Assembly: GCA_963817955.1 (NCBI GenBank)
Contig: CAWFQK010000004.1
Location: 544,001 to 608,000 of the forward strand
DNA length: 64,000 nt
Reading direction: 5' to 3'
Source: an uncultured Gemmatimonadaceae bacterium
GTDB lineage: Bacteria > Gemmatimonadota > Gemmatimonadetes > Gemmatimonadales > Gemmatimonadaceae
Shown here: positions 40,437 to 49,773 of the stretch, piece after piece
Numbering within the stretch: position 1 is the stretch's first letter
Layout of the letters: each line of letters opens with the position of its first letter
Translations under genes and position numbers: made by a program
The notes under the pieces: generated by a model
Database searches by the model: none
What the model was told of the DNA's origin: nothing
Seen by the model: the letters and a program-made list of their open reading frames with translations, nothing else

Positions 40437-41365
40437 GCTTCGCTCAACAGCTCCCGCGCGAACGCCATCGGGTCGAAGGAAACGAGATCGGCGGCGGATT
40501 CTCCCACGCCAAGGAGCTTCACGGGCACATCGATCGCCTCGTGGACGGCCACCACCACACCGCCACGCGCTGTGCCGTCGAGCTTCGTGACGACGAGCCC
40601 CGACACCGGCACCGCCGCGGCGAAGATCTTGGCCTGCTGCACGGCGTTCTGCCCGATGGTGCCGTCGAGCACGAGCAGTGTCTCGTGCGGCGCGCCCGGC
40701 AGTCGCTTGGCGATGACGCGCGCGACCTTCTTCAGTTCCTCCATCAGTCCTTCGCTGGTATGCAGCCGGCCAGCCGTGTCGACGATCAATACGTTCACGC
40801 CCCGGGCGATCGCGGTGTCGATGGCGTCGAACGCCACCGCCGCGGGATCGGTGCCGGCCTTGGCTCCCACGAACTCGGCACCCGTGCGCTCCGACCAGAC
40901 GCGGAGTTGATCGATGGCGCCCGCACGAAACGTGTCGCCGGCAACCACCATCACGCGCTGCTTCTCAGCGCGAAAACGCTCGCTCAGTTTGCCGATCAAC
41001 GTCGTCTTCCCGGCGCCGTTCACGCCAACGACGAGAATGACGGTCGGCGCTCTAGCCGCGACCGCCAGCGCGGGATCGCTCTTGCCAGCTCGTAACGCCG
41101 ACTCGATCCCCTCGGCCAACGCCGCGTGGAACTCCTGTTGGGTCTTGACGAGACCGCGCTTGGCGCGGCGCTCCACCTCTTCGATCAAACGCAAGGTCAC
41201 AGGCACGCCGAAGTCGGCTTCGAGCAGCACTTGCTCGAGCTGTTCCAGCGAACCAGGGGACACTCCGCCGCGTGCCAACACCGCGACGTCCATCAACGCG
41301 ACGTCTTTGATGCGCTGCCAGAGAGAGCGCTTGGGAACGTCGCCGGTCTTACGCAGTAACCGCAT
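40433..41365 (-). CDS. ftsY: Signal recognition particle receptor FtsY
   Basis: GVNGAGKTT, DTFRAGA, DTAGR, TKLDGTARGG. SD GAGGA before ATG 41365. Confidence 0.96.
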   Translation of the reverse strand: MRLLRKTGDVPKRSLWQRIKDVALMDVAVLARGGVSPGSLEQLEQVLLEADFGVPVTLRLIEEVERRAKRGLVKTQQEFHAALAEGIESALRAGKSDPALAVAARAPTVILVVGVNGAGKTTLIGKLSERFRAEKQRVMVVAGDTFRAGAIDQLRVWSERTGAEFVGAKAGTDPAAVAFDAIDTAIARGVNVLIVDTAGRLHTSEGLMEELKKVARVIAKRLPGAPHETLLVLDGTIGQNAVQQAKIFAAAVPVSGLVVTKLDGTARGGVVVAVHEAIDVPVKLLGVGESAADLVSFDPMAFARELLSEA

Positions 41366-41380
41366 GATCCTCACGTTGGT

Positions 41381-43177
41381 TCATCTCATTCCCCGCCGCC
41401 GCCGCAGCAGCCACTCGGCGCACAACAGCATGATGGCGAGCGCATAGGCCCATCCGGCCTGCCGCAACCGCGGTGCCGCATCCGCCGCCACATTGCCGCG
41501 CACGGTAACGCTCGTCAGCCTCGGCGCGCGCGGCAGCCACTCCCGCGAGGCATTCACCGCGAGCACCGCACTCCCACCCCGTGTCACGACGTCGTAGATA
41601 CCCGGTAGCAGCGGCGGAGTCTCGATTACACTGGTGCCGCTGGGGAACCGCAGTGTCAGCGAATCTACGCGTGCACCACCGCGTTGCCGCACGCTCAGGC
41701 CGACCACGGAGTCGGCGGCCGAGCCGCGACGCCATCGCACGGGCTCGCCGGCGCGTACCAGGCGCTCGTCCGGAACTGCCGCGCGCCGATCGGCGTGCTC
41801 GGCGGCCAGCCAGTCAAATATACTACCCCATAGCGCCGTGAACGCGTCAGACGACGAGCCCCCGCGAAAGCGCCAGCGCCACAAACCGGACGCAGCAACG
41901 ATCGCGACGCGGCGCGGCTCGTCCATTCCAACGATGAGCGGTTTCCGCTCCTCGCCCCGACCACGCCGCGCCTCCAATCCAACCCAGGTGCCCGCCGGGA
42001 CCTGCGTGGCGATACCCACCGGCGGCAGACTGTCCCATGAGATGCCCGACAGCGCGGGCGCAAGGGGAGATGCCGGTGCCGACGATGGATACCACTCTCC
42101 GTCAGTTCCCGATGTGACGATCAGCGCCAACGGCCCGAGCGTGACCGAGCGCGGCGCGCCGAACGCCGCCGTATCGCCGTGGATGATCGCAACCGGCGCG
42201 TCGCGCAGCGCCTGCCGCACCTCGATCTCGCTGACGGGTGTCAGCGCACCCTCCACCCGCCACGCACCCGGCGCGACGCGAAAAAAACCTCGCGTGGGAA
42301 TGCCGAGTGCACCGCGCAACACCGTCAGCGCGTACCGTGCATCGAAGTCCGGCGACGTCGACACGAATACGGCGCTCGCGGCGCGCGACAGGCCGATGGC
42401 CGTCACGAGCGTGTCGTTGCGCGGCTCGGCATCGCCGGGCGACGAGACGACGGCACGCAACACGGCCGGTCCCGCGGCGCCCTCGAGACGCATCTTCACC
42501 GGGACGATCCGCTCACCGAACGCCGGCAACGAGTTGACGGTCGTTCTGGCGACCAGTTTGTTCTCCAGCGTGATCGATAGCGTTCCACCGCGCGCGCCGC
42601 CTCGCCCGGCGGTGAGGCCGACACGCGCTTCGACCGTGTCGCCGCTCACGACCGCGCGCGGCATCTCGATCGATTCCACGGCGAGATCAGGGCGCGCCAG
42701 GTGTGGCAGAACGATTATGCGCGAGCCGCCCGGCAAACTCCGCGCGGCATCGGGGTCGTCGAGCTCACCATCGGTGACCACGGTGAGCGGATGCCCAGCG
42801 CCGAGCGCGCGCTCGACAGCAGGTCGCAGCAGCGAAGCGAGGTCGCGCGGTGCCGACATCGCACCTGCACGCCGGACAGAGTCGCCGAAGACGAACACAG
42901 ACTCCGCATGGAGCCGCGCGATCGTGTCGCGCGCCGCACGCCAGAGCGCGCTATCGCCGCGCGCCATGCTGAGCGATGCATCGAGCGCAGCCCAGCGCCC
43001 CACCGGCCGTGCCGGGGCCGCCGGCGCATCGAGCAGCAGCGCTACAAGGAGGGTGACCGCCCCCACACGTAACGCGGCGGCAACCACGACGCCCCACCCG
43101 GAGCGCAGATCGCGCCATCCATACTGGATGAGCGCGAGCACGACTCCGGAAATGATTGCGACGAGCCAGGGCGACAT
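41381..43177 (-). CDS. Hypothetical membrane-anchored protein (vWA-like and Ig-like segments)
   Basis: Two N-terminal TMs, LDASLSM and VVTDG (MIDAS-like), EPRND, GLWRW, C-terminal TM ending AEWLLRRRRG. Confidence 0.7.
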   Translation of the reverse strand: MSPWLVAIISGVVLALIQYGWRDLRSGWGVVVAAALRVGAVTLLVALLLDAPAAPARPVGRWAALDASLSMARGDSALWRAARDTIARLHAESVFVFGDSVRRAGAMSAPRDLASLLRPAVERALGAGHPLTVVTDGELDDPDAARSLPGGSRIIVLPHLARPDLAVESIEMPRAVVSGDTVEARVGLTAGRGGARGGTLSITLENKLVARTTVNSLPAFGERIVPVKMRLEGAAGPAVLRAVVSSPGDAEPRNDTLVTAIGLSRAASAVFVSTSPDFDARYALTVLRGALGIPTRGFFRVAPGAWRVEGALTPVSEIEVRQALRDAPVAIIHGDTAAFGAPRSVTLGPLALIVTSGTDGEWYPSSAPASPLAPALSGISWDSLPPVGIATQVPAGTWVGLEARRGRGEERKPLIVGMDEPRRVAIVAASGLWRWRFRGGSSSDAFTALWGSIFDWLAAEHADRRAAVPDERLVRAGEPVRWRRGSAADSVVGLSVRQRGGARVDSLTLRFPSGTSVIETPPLLPGIYDVVTRGGSAVLAVNASREWLPRAPRLTSVTVRGNVAADAAPRLRQAGWAYALAIMLLCAEWLLRRRRGMR

Positions 43178-43216
43178 GCGCGAAAGCTAGTTACTCTTGC
43201 GGGACACGGGACACGA

Positions 43217-43523
43217 GAAACTCACAACGCACATCTCATCACTGGCAACTCGAAACTCGCCGACCGGTGGGCCGACCGGTACGGAGCAGCCAGCGACATC
43301 CAGCCGGCCAATACCTGGAGTCCAATCCGATCTCCCAGGTCCTTCGCTCAGGAGGACAGGCCGTCGCGGGTACAGTGATCAGTTGTAAGTGGTCAGTGGT
43401 GAGTATACGGGTCATGCGCACCAGGGCGCCTGGCTCGCAGGCCACTATCGCCGGTCGGCGAGGTTCGGGTGTCCAGTTGTGAGTCGTGAGTTGTGAATTT
43501 CTAATAACGCACCACGCATCACT
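43217..43523. repeat. Intergenic modular repeat, copy 2 (B then A; about 51-bp terminal inverted repeats, MITE-like)
   Basis: 43217-43267 is the imperfect reverse complement of 43451-43501. Modules are shared with 34401-34694. Confidence 0.85.
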
Positions 43524-43540
43524 ATGAAGGGTAGGAACGA

Positions 43541-43566
43541 GAACGGTCGCCCGAGGGCGGCCGTTC
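43541..43566 (-). terminator. GC-rich hairpin, possible terminator of the decayed minus-strand gene
   Basis: GAACGGTCGCC-CGAG-GGCGGCCGTTC, followed on the minus strand by a pyrimidine-rich (not poly-U) tail. Confidence 0.45.
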
Positions 43567-43569
43567 GCG

Positions 43570-44113
43570 CATATTGCGGAGTGTGAACTACCGGTGCGGC
43601 GTGTGACACCGCCGGCACCTGCGGTGCGGAAGGGGGTGATGCTGCAGGCGGTGTTGCGGGCGCCGCCGTACTGCCTTGCGGAGTGCCTTTGCGTGGCGCC
43701 CTGCATGATGGCGTCCGCTTGTACCGCGCTCGCGCGAGCGCCGATCTTGACGCCCGGCTTATGAGCGACGCGCTTCGCGGCAGTCCAGGTCGCCTGCAGG
43801 CTGGCATCGCCGGATCAACGGCAGCAGCAAGTCGTTGAGCACCGTGATGATGGTGCGACCACGCCACTGCTCGGCTGCCAGGGATGCCGTCGCCCCGCTT
43901 CGGACCACGGTTTGCCCCGATCGCCCATCTATGGCGGCCTGAAGCGCCTGCGGGGACGCCTGCAACCGCGCGATGAAGTCCGCCGGGAGCCCGTTGGCCG
44001 TGAACACCGCCGCGTGGCTCGCCGCGGCCTCGCCCATCGCCGCCGCCGCCGCGAGCAGTCGCGTCGTCGATGCGGCGGAGCGCTTCCAGCATACTGCCTT
44101 CGTTGTATTTCAT
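43570..44113 (-). pseudogene. Decayed gene for an Ala-rich helical protein (GLPADF motif)
   Basis: SD GGAAGG + ATG 44113 MKYNEGSMLEALRRI / TTRLLAAAAAMGEAAASHAAVFTANGLPADFIARLQ...VLNDLLLPLI / GDASLQATWTAAKRV... / Pro-Ala tail. Needs about three frame changes; the 3' end is uncertain. Confidence 0.6.
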
Positions 44114-44201
44114 GTGGCCTTCCGGCCAACGGGGGCGCCGCAATGGACCTGCACCGCGATGGGCGCTCGACGCGCCGGGGTCGAAATACGGGAGCAACCG
44201 C

Positions 44202-45295
44202 CTCGAGCGGTTGCGGTGTGGTCTTGGGGAGTTGCGCTGTGGTGAGGAGTTGCGCTGTGGTCTTGAGGAGTTGCGATATCGTCTCGGAGAATTGGGGTGT
44301 CGTCTCAGAGAGTTGGGGTGCCGCCTCAGCGAGGTGAGGTGTCGTCTCGGAGAGTTGGGGGCGCGCCTCAGCGAGGTGGCGTGGCAGCTCGAGGCGTTGG
44401 GATCCCGTCTCAAGGCGTTGGGGTGCCCGCTCGACGAGTTACGACCCTAGCTCGACGAGTTGGAGTGCTCTCTCGCCGCACTCCGATTGCGTCTCGGCGA
44501 GTTCGGATTCCAGCTCGACGCGCCGGGGTGCCGTCTCGCCGCGCTCCGATTGTGTCTCGACGAGTTGGAGTGCCGTCTCGCCGCGCTCCGATTGTGTCTC
44601 GACGCGTTGGGATCTCAGCTCGATGCGCTCCGATTGTGTCTCGGCGAGTTGGGGTGCCGTCTCTGCACGCAAGAGAGCCGTCTCGCGGCGATGCGATGCA
44701 ATCTCGACGCGATCGCATCCCTCCTCGGCAAGTTGCAATGCCTGCTCGGCACGCGAGGATCCTGGCTCACCGCGTTGGGATCCTTGCTCGCCGCGTTACG
44801 ATTCCGTCTCGACGCGCAACGATCCCGGCTTGATCCGTTGCGATTCCGTCTCGACGCGCAACGATCCTTGCTTGATCTGTTGGGATTCCGTCTGGGCAGG
44901 CGACGATCCCTGCTTGGCGCGTTGCGATCCTATCTTGGCGCGCGACGATCCCTGCTTGACGCGTTGCGATGCCATCTCGGCGCGTTCGCATTCCATCTCG
45001 GCGCGTTCGCATTCCATCTCGGCGCGTTCGCATTCCATCTCGGCGCGTTCGCATTCCATCTCGGCGCGATCGCATTCCATCTCGCCACGATCGACTTCGA
45101 TCTCGCCACGATCGATCCCGCCTCGCCACGATCGATCCCGCCTCGCCACGATCGCATTCCCTCTCGCCGCGATCACATTCGATCTTGGCGCGATCGCATT
45201 CCATCTCGCCACATTCGCATTCCATCTTGGCGCGATCGATCCCGTCTCGCCACGATCGCATTCCCTCTCCACACGATCGATTCCGTCTCGCCACC
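44202..45295. repeat. Degenerate 21-bp tandem array, 52 units
   Basis: Units start CTC/CTT/CTG every 21 bp. Four identical copies of CTCGGCGCGTTCGCATTCCAT lie at 44976-45059. One 18-bp and four 20-bp units. Confidence 0.95.
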
Positions 45296-45357
45296 CGCGC
45301 ATCGTGCGATGAGTGCGGTCCTATATATTAGTTCCGAAATTGGGGGGTCAGCGCAAG

Positions 45358-45378
45358 GGTCAATATAACCGATTGACC
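45358..45378. promoter_or_regulatory. Perfect 7-7-7 palindrome GGTCAAT-N7-ATTGACC in an AT-rich patch (candidate operator)
   Basis: Directly visible in the sequence; function is inferred. Confidence 0.45.
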
Positions 45379-45441
45379 AAAACCGACATGTTTTGAGCGT
45401 TTCAGCGTTAGTACTCGTAAAGAGGTACGTCAGTCCCGTGT

Positions 45442-45706
45442 CTTTTTCACCGCTGAGTTCGCAGAGAATCGCGGAGGCGCAGAGAACTGCAAGAGAACTG
45501 CAAGAGAACTGCAGAGGGAAGCGCGTAGAGGTGGAACGCGAGAGGCGATTCACCATTCGGATGATCCCATCTCTTGGCCCCATCACGCAGATGACCCCAG
45601 CTCTCAGCTGCGCGACTCCGAGCGTCACGACGGTGTCAGCCAAGACGCTCGGATGAGATTTTCTCGGTGTTCCTCCGCAGTTCTCTGCGCCCTCTGCGGT
45701 AAAAAG
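45442..45706. mobile_element. 265-bp inverted-repeat-bounded non-autonomous element (MITE-like)
   Basis: Left arm ctttttcaccgctgagttcgcagagaatcgcggagg versus reverse complement of right arm ctttttaccgcagagggcgcagagaactgcggagg. Internal (AGAGAACTGCA)x3 at 45481-45513. Confidence 0.6.
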
Positions 45707-45723
45707 CTGTTCTACCGGTCACA

Positions 45724-45770
45724 GAGATCCTTCGCTTCGCTCAGGATGACAGGACTTCGCTCAGGATGAC
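45724..45770. repeat. REP-like repeat doublet CTTCGCTCAGGATGAC x2
   Basis: Copies at 45735-45750 and 45755-45770, plus a degenerate copy at 43338-43360. Confidence 0.75.
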
Positions 45771-45783
45771 GGGCATGGGGCAT

Positions 45784-45807
45784 CCCGTGTCCCGTGTCCC
45801 GTGTCCC
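45784..45807 (-). repeat. (GGGACAC)n heptamer tract immediately after the M23 peptidase stop
   Basis: Minus strand: TGA GGGACAC GGGACAC GGGACAC GGG. Confidence 0.9.
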
Positions 45808-47073
45808 TCAGTGCAGCGCGAGCTTCACGACGCCGGTGACGGGTGCGTCGAGCGTTGCCAGCAGACGGTTGCGCAACTCAGCGAAGGCGCCGCGTTCGGA
45901 GGCCGGCAGCGGCTCACCGCCCGTCGCCTTCAATGCCGTGCGCGGATCCCGCTGCTCGCCGTTCACGATCACCTCGAAGTGCAGATGCGGACCCGTGCTC
46001 AACCCGGTACTGCCGACGTATGCCACCGTCTGGCCGATCGTCACATGCGTGCCAACGCGAATGCCCGAGGCGTACCGGCTCAAGTGCCCGTAGCGGGTCA
46101 CGAAGCCGTTCCGATGCCTGATCTCGAGCACGTTGCCATATCCGTTGCCCCAATTCGCGCGAACGATCACGCCGTCACCGATCGCGCGCACCGCGGTGCC
46201 CATCGCGGCCGCGTAGTCGGTGCCCTTGTGCATACGCCAGCCGCCGAGGATGGGGTGCTCGCGTCCACCAAACACACTCGAGATGCGGCGGAATTCGAGC
46301 GGCGCGCGCAGGAAGGCGGCGCGCATCGATTTGCCGTTCTGATCAAAGTACTGGCCGCTCACGGCTTGGCTGGCATAGCGCACCGCGCCGATGATACTTC
46401 CAGACAACTTGAATGTCGCGGCGATGACCTTGCCGATCCGCACCGCGCCCGTGGGCGCAATCGATCGCTCGGCAATGACCTTGAATTGATCGCCGGCCTG
46501 GAGGTCGCGGCTCATGTCCACGCGATACTCGTAGACGTCGGCCAGCGACCATGCAAGTTGCTGGCGCGCTCCCATCGGGAGATCGCTCTTCGCGCTCGCA
46601 TCCATGGCGTCATACAGGTTGGACCCGATCGTGCCGCCGACGACGATGGTGTCTGTCGTCCACGGCAGATGCTCCTCCGTGCCCTGCCAGGTATCGCCCG
46701 TTCGATGCAAGTGCAGCAACCGATCGATCGATAGTTGGAGCGTCACGTCCGATGGTATCGAGTCGGCGGCTTCGGACTTGACCGTCACCGGCATGCCAGC
46801 CGGAATCCGGCGCTCATCCAGCGAGGTCGCGGCTTGCAGTGCGCGCGCCGCAGCTCCGTCAGTGAGGCCGTCTCGGCGCAGGAGCGCCTGGAGGGATTCA
46901 CCGCTGCCGAGCGTATCGAAGCGGAGCTTCGATTGCGGGGCACCCTCTGGTGTGATGAGCACGTCCGCTGCCTTCGCGCCCGGATCGGGAAGCTGGGGCG
47001 TGAAGCGAAGCGCGCCGGCGAGCGCCAGCACGACAAGGCCGTACAATACGATGCGTACGGCGCCCAGCTTCAA
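45808..47073 (-). CDS. M23 family peptidoglycan endopeptidase (MepM-like)
   Basis: [16 protein letters not shown] (HxxxD), [15 protein letters not shown] (HxH). N-terminal TM. Confidence 0.93.
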   Translation of the reverse strand: MKLGAVRIVLYGLVVLALAGALRFTPQLPDPGAKAADVLITPEGAPQSKLRFDTLGSGESLQALLRRDGLTDGAAARALQAATSLDERRIPAGMPVTVKSEAADSIPSDVTLQLSIDRLLHLHRTGDTWQGTEEHLPWTTDTIVVGGTIGSNLYDAMDASAKSDLPMGARQQLAWSLADVYEYRVDMSRDLQAGDQFKVIAERSIAPTGAVRIGKVIAATFKLSGSIIGAVRYASQAVSGQYFDQNGKSMRAAFLRAPLEFRRISSVFGGREHPILGGWRMHKGTDYAAAMGTAVRAIGDGVIVRANWGNGYGNVLEIRHRNGFVTRYGHLSRYASGIRVGTHVTIGQTVAYVGSTGLSTGPHLHFEVIVNGEQRDPRTALKATGGEPLPASERGAFAELRNRLLATLDAPVTGVVKLALH

Positions 47074-48257
47074 TCCATTTGCCTCCGAATAAAGGTCGGG
47101 ATCTCCATGTCGCTGAGGTCCTGCGAACCCTTCTCGGTGGACGGACGTGGCGCGCGTGGCGATTCGCCGGTGCGGATACCGTTAGCAGTGACGCGGGCCG
47201 GACGATTGGCAGGGAACGGAATGACCGGCGAGCCTTTGTTGGGTTGGACGGAGGACGCGGACGCCTGTTGTACCGGCGCGATCGGCGCAACGTTGAGCGC
47301 ACGATCGAACCCGGTCGCAATGACGGTCACGCGAATCTCGCCCTGCATCGCCGGCTCGTGCACGGCACCAAAGATGATCTCGGCGTCGTCTCCAACCGCG
47401 TCGTGAATGATCTCATTGATCTGATGCACTTCACCGAGCGTGAGGTCGGCACCGCCGGTGATGTTCACCAGCACGCCACTCGCGCCCGATATACTGACGT
47501 TATCGAGCAGTGGCGACGCAATGGCCTGCTGCGCCGCTTCCAGGGCGCGATTCTCACCGCGTCCGATTCCCGTGCCCATCAGCGCCGATCCGCCAGCCTG
47601 CATCACGGTGCGCACGTCAGCGAAGTCCACGTTGACGAGCCCCGTGACGCTGATCAGCGACGAGATGCCCTGCGTAGCGTGCAACAGCACTTCGTCGGCC
47701 TTCTTGAGCGCATCCTGAAACGGAATGCCTTTGCCGACGACGGCAAGCAGGCGCTCGTTCGGAACGACGATCATGGTGTCGACGTTCTTGCGCATGGCAG
47801 CGATGCCCTCCTCTGCCTGTCGCATGCGCTTGCGTCCCTCGAAGAGGAACGGCTTCGTCACGATGCCTACCGTGAGCGAGCCAGCCTCCCTCGCGAGCTC
47901 AGCGACGACGGGAGCGGCGCCGGTGCCCGTGCCGCCGCCCATGCCGCACGTGATGAACACGAGGTCGGCGTTCGCGAGCGCGCTACCGACTTCGTCGCGG
48001 TTCTCTTCGATGGCTTGACGGCCGATCTCAGGCCTCGCTCCCGCACCAAGACCGCGTGTGAGCTTCTTGCCTATTTGCACCTTGAGATCGGACTTCGACG
48101 TCAACAACGCTTGCGCGTCGGTGTTGATCGAAATGAACTCCACTCCCTCGAGGTGCTCGTCGATCATGCGGTTGACGGCGTTTCCGCCGCCCCCACCGAT
48201 GCCCACGACTTTCATGCGGGCGTTTTGGGTCGCGCTCTCTTCGAACTCGAAGATCAT
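47070..48257 (-). CDS. ftsZ: Cell division protein FtsZ
   Basis: [27 protein letters not shown]-terminal [11 protein letters not shown]. Start ATG 48257. Confidence 0.98.
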   Translation of the reverse strand: MIFEFEESATQNARMKVVGIGGGGGNAVNRMIDEHLEGVEFISINTDAQALLTSKSDLKVQIGKKLTRGLGAGARPEIGRQAIEENRDEVGSALANADLVFITCGMGGGTGTGAAPVVAELAREAGSLTVGIVTKPFLFEGRKRMRQAEEGIAAMRKNVDTMIVVPNERLLAVVGKGIPFQDALKKADEVLLHATQGISSLISVTGLVNVDFADVRTVMQAGGSALMGTGIGRGENRALEAAQQAIASPLLDNVSISGASGVLVNITGGADLTLGEVHQINEIIHDAVGDDAEIIFGAVHEPAMQGEIRVTVIATGFDRALNVAPIAPVQQASASSVQPNKGSPVIPFPANRPARVTANGIRTGESPRAPRPSTEKGSQDLSDMEIPTFIRRQMD

Positions 48258-48513
48258 TGAGAACGGTCCGTACTTCGAAGTGTGGTGATCGGAACAGCGG
48301 GAAGGAATACTGCTGCGACAGATCGGACAGCGGATTGGCCAGCGCATGCCGCCGGGTTCGCTCGGGCAATATAACGCTTTCCGGCGTTCCGACTACTCTT
48401 TTTTTGGACGACGCAGCACCGGAAGAATCACGGATCTACGCTCCGGGGTTTTCCACACAAACGAATCACGCTGACACGTTTTTGATACCGGCCGCGGTCC
48501 CGGCCTTGTCATC

Positions 48514-49773
48514 TCAGAAGAAGTCCTGCAGCCAGAACTTGATCCGGGCCGCGATCTTCTCCATCCCGCCCCCGCCCATGTTCAGCCGCCGGGATCCCGC
48601 TGCGGCTCCGCCCAGCGCGATGCGATGCGCCCCGTAGTGAGCCAGGCCGGTCACCGTCGCGAACCGAGGCGCCTCGACCGAGTCAACGAGTCCACCGATG
48701 TTCTCCGACGGAATCCCCACGCGGACTCCGGTTCCGTACACGTCACTCGCCAATTCGGCCGCACCCTGCATTGCCGCGGCGCCACCGGTGAGCACCACGC
48801 CAGCACTGAGCTTGCCCGCGAATCCTGCCGAGGAGATGTCACGCTGCACGAGATCAAAGATCTCATCCATTCGCTGATGGATGATGTGCGCGAGGAGCTC
48901 GCGCGGAATCTGCCGGTCGCCCTGCGCCACCGTGCTCGGTAGCTGAATGATTTCCGACGGGTCGATCAGCGGCTCGTACGCGCAGCCGAACCGCTCCTTC
49001 AACCGCTCGGCGTCAGCCTGCGTCACGCCAAGGCCGTGCACGATGTCGCTCGTCACATTGTTGCCGCCGAAAGCGACCGTACCGAGGTGGCGAATCTTGC
49101 CTTCGTAAAAGACGGCGAGATCGGTCGTGCCCGCACCCATCTCCACGAGCGCAACGCCCAGTTCCTTCTCGTCTTCCGTCAACACGGCGAGTGAGCTGGC
49201 GAGGGGTTCGAGCACGAGTTCCCGTACCTTGTAACCGGCACGTTCCACCGACTTGCGGAGATTGATCGCCGGCGAACTGCCGATCGTGACCAGATACATC
49301 TCCGTCTCCAGGCGGGTGCCGCTCATGCCGATGGGATCGCGAATCCCGACGTTCTTGTCCACCGTGTATTCCTGCGGGATGGCGTGCAAGAGTTCACGGT
49401 CCTGCGGAATCGCCTGCGCGCGCGCCACTTCGTTGGCCCGATCGACATCGGACTTATTGATCTCGTCATGACTCACGGCGACGATGCCTTGGCTCGTCAT
49501 GGCCTGAACGTGCTCGCCCGCGATGCCGGCATACACCTCCTGCACCTGCGCGCCGGCCATGCGTTCGGCGTCCTGCATTGCCTTGCGAATGGAGCGTGTC
49601 GTCTCCTCGATATCTGACACGACACCGCGGCGCATGCCAGTCGTACGCGCCTGGCCGACGCCCAGGACCTTGATGATTGGATGCTTTGGCAGATCGCCCT
49701 CGACTTCGGCGATGATGGCGGTCGTCTTCGCGGAGCCGATATCGAGTCCTGCGACGAGGCGTTCCGGATTCAT
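48514..49773 (-). CDS. ftsA: Cell division protein FtsA
   Basis: AGLDIGSAK, EMGAGTTD, AERLK, VLTGG, amphipathic C-terminal helix WLQDFF. Confidence 0.97.
   Translation of the reverse strand: MNPERLVAGLDIGSAKTTAIIAEVEGDLPKHPIIKVLGVGQARTTGMRRGVVSDIEETTRSIRKAMQDAERMAGAQVQEVYAGIAGEHVQAMTSQGIVAVSHDEINKSDVDRANEVARAQAIPQDRELLHAIPQEYTVDKNVGIRDPIGMSGTRLETEMYLVTIGSSPAINLRKSVERAGYKVRELVLEPLASSLAVLTEDEKELGVALVEMGAGTTDLAVFYEGKIRHLGTVAFGGNNVTSDIVHGLGVTQADAERLKERFGCAYEPLIDPSEIIQLPSTVAQGDRQIPRELLAHIIHQRMDEIFDLVQRDISSAGFAGKLSAGVVLTGGAAAMQGAAELASDVYGTGVRVGIPSENIGGLVDSVEAPRFATVTGLAHYGAHRIALGGAAAGSRRLNMGGGGMEKIAARIKFWLQDFF

Noticed and set aside
44111..44114. A second shared CATG (pseudogene ATG overlapping a plus-strand ATG in frame with the Leu-heptad array)
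   Set aside because: CATG arises whenever C precedes an ATG, and there is no SD or other support for the plus-strand start. Treated as coincidence.
44202..45295. CRISPR array
   Set aside because: Units are contiguous and degenerate with no unique spacers, and there are no cas genes.
44070..45368. Repeat-derived ORFs (44460..45368 +, 44623..45312 +, 44796..45302 -, 43445..44413 -) as genes
   Set aside because: Several frames are open only because the repeat lacks stops. There are no convincing starts and the in-register frames are interrupted. Kept only as a hypothesis in findings.
43200..45807. Autonomous IS, prophage or integron
   Set aside because: No transposase, integrase or phage gene is recognisable, and I could not identify target-site duplications.
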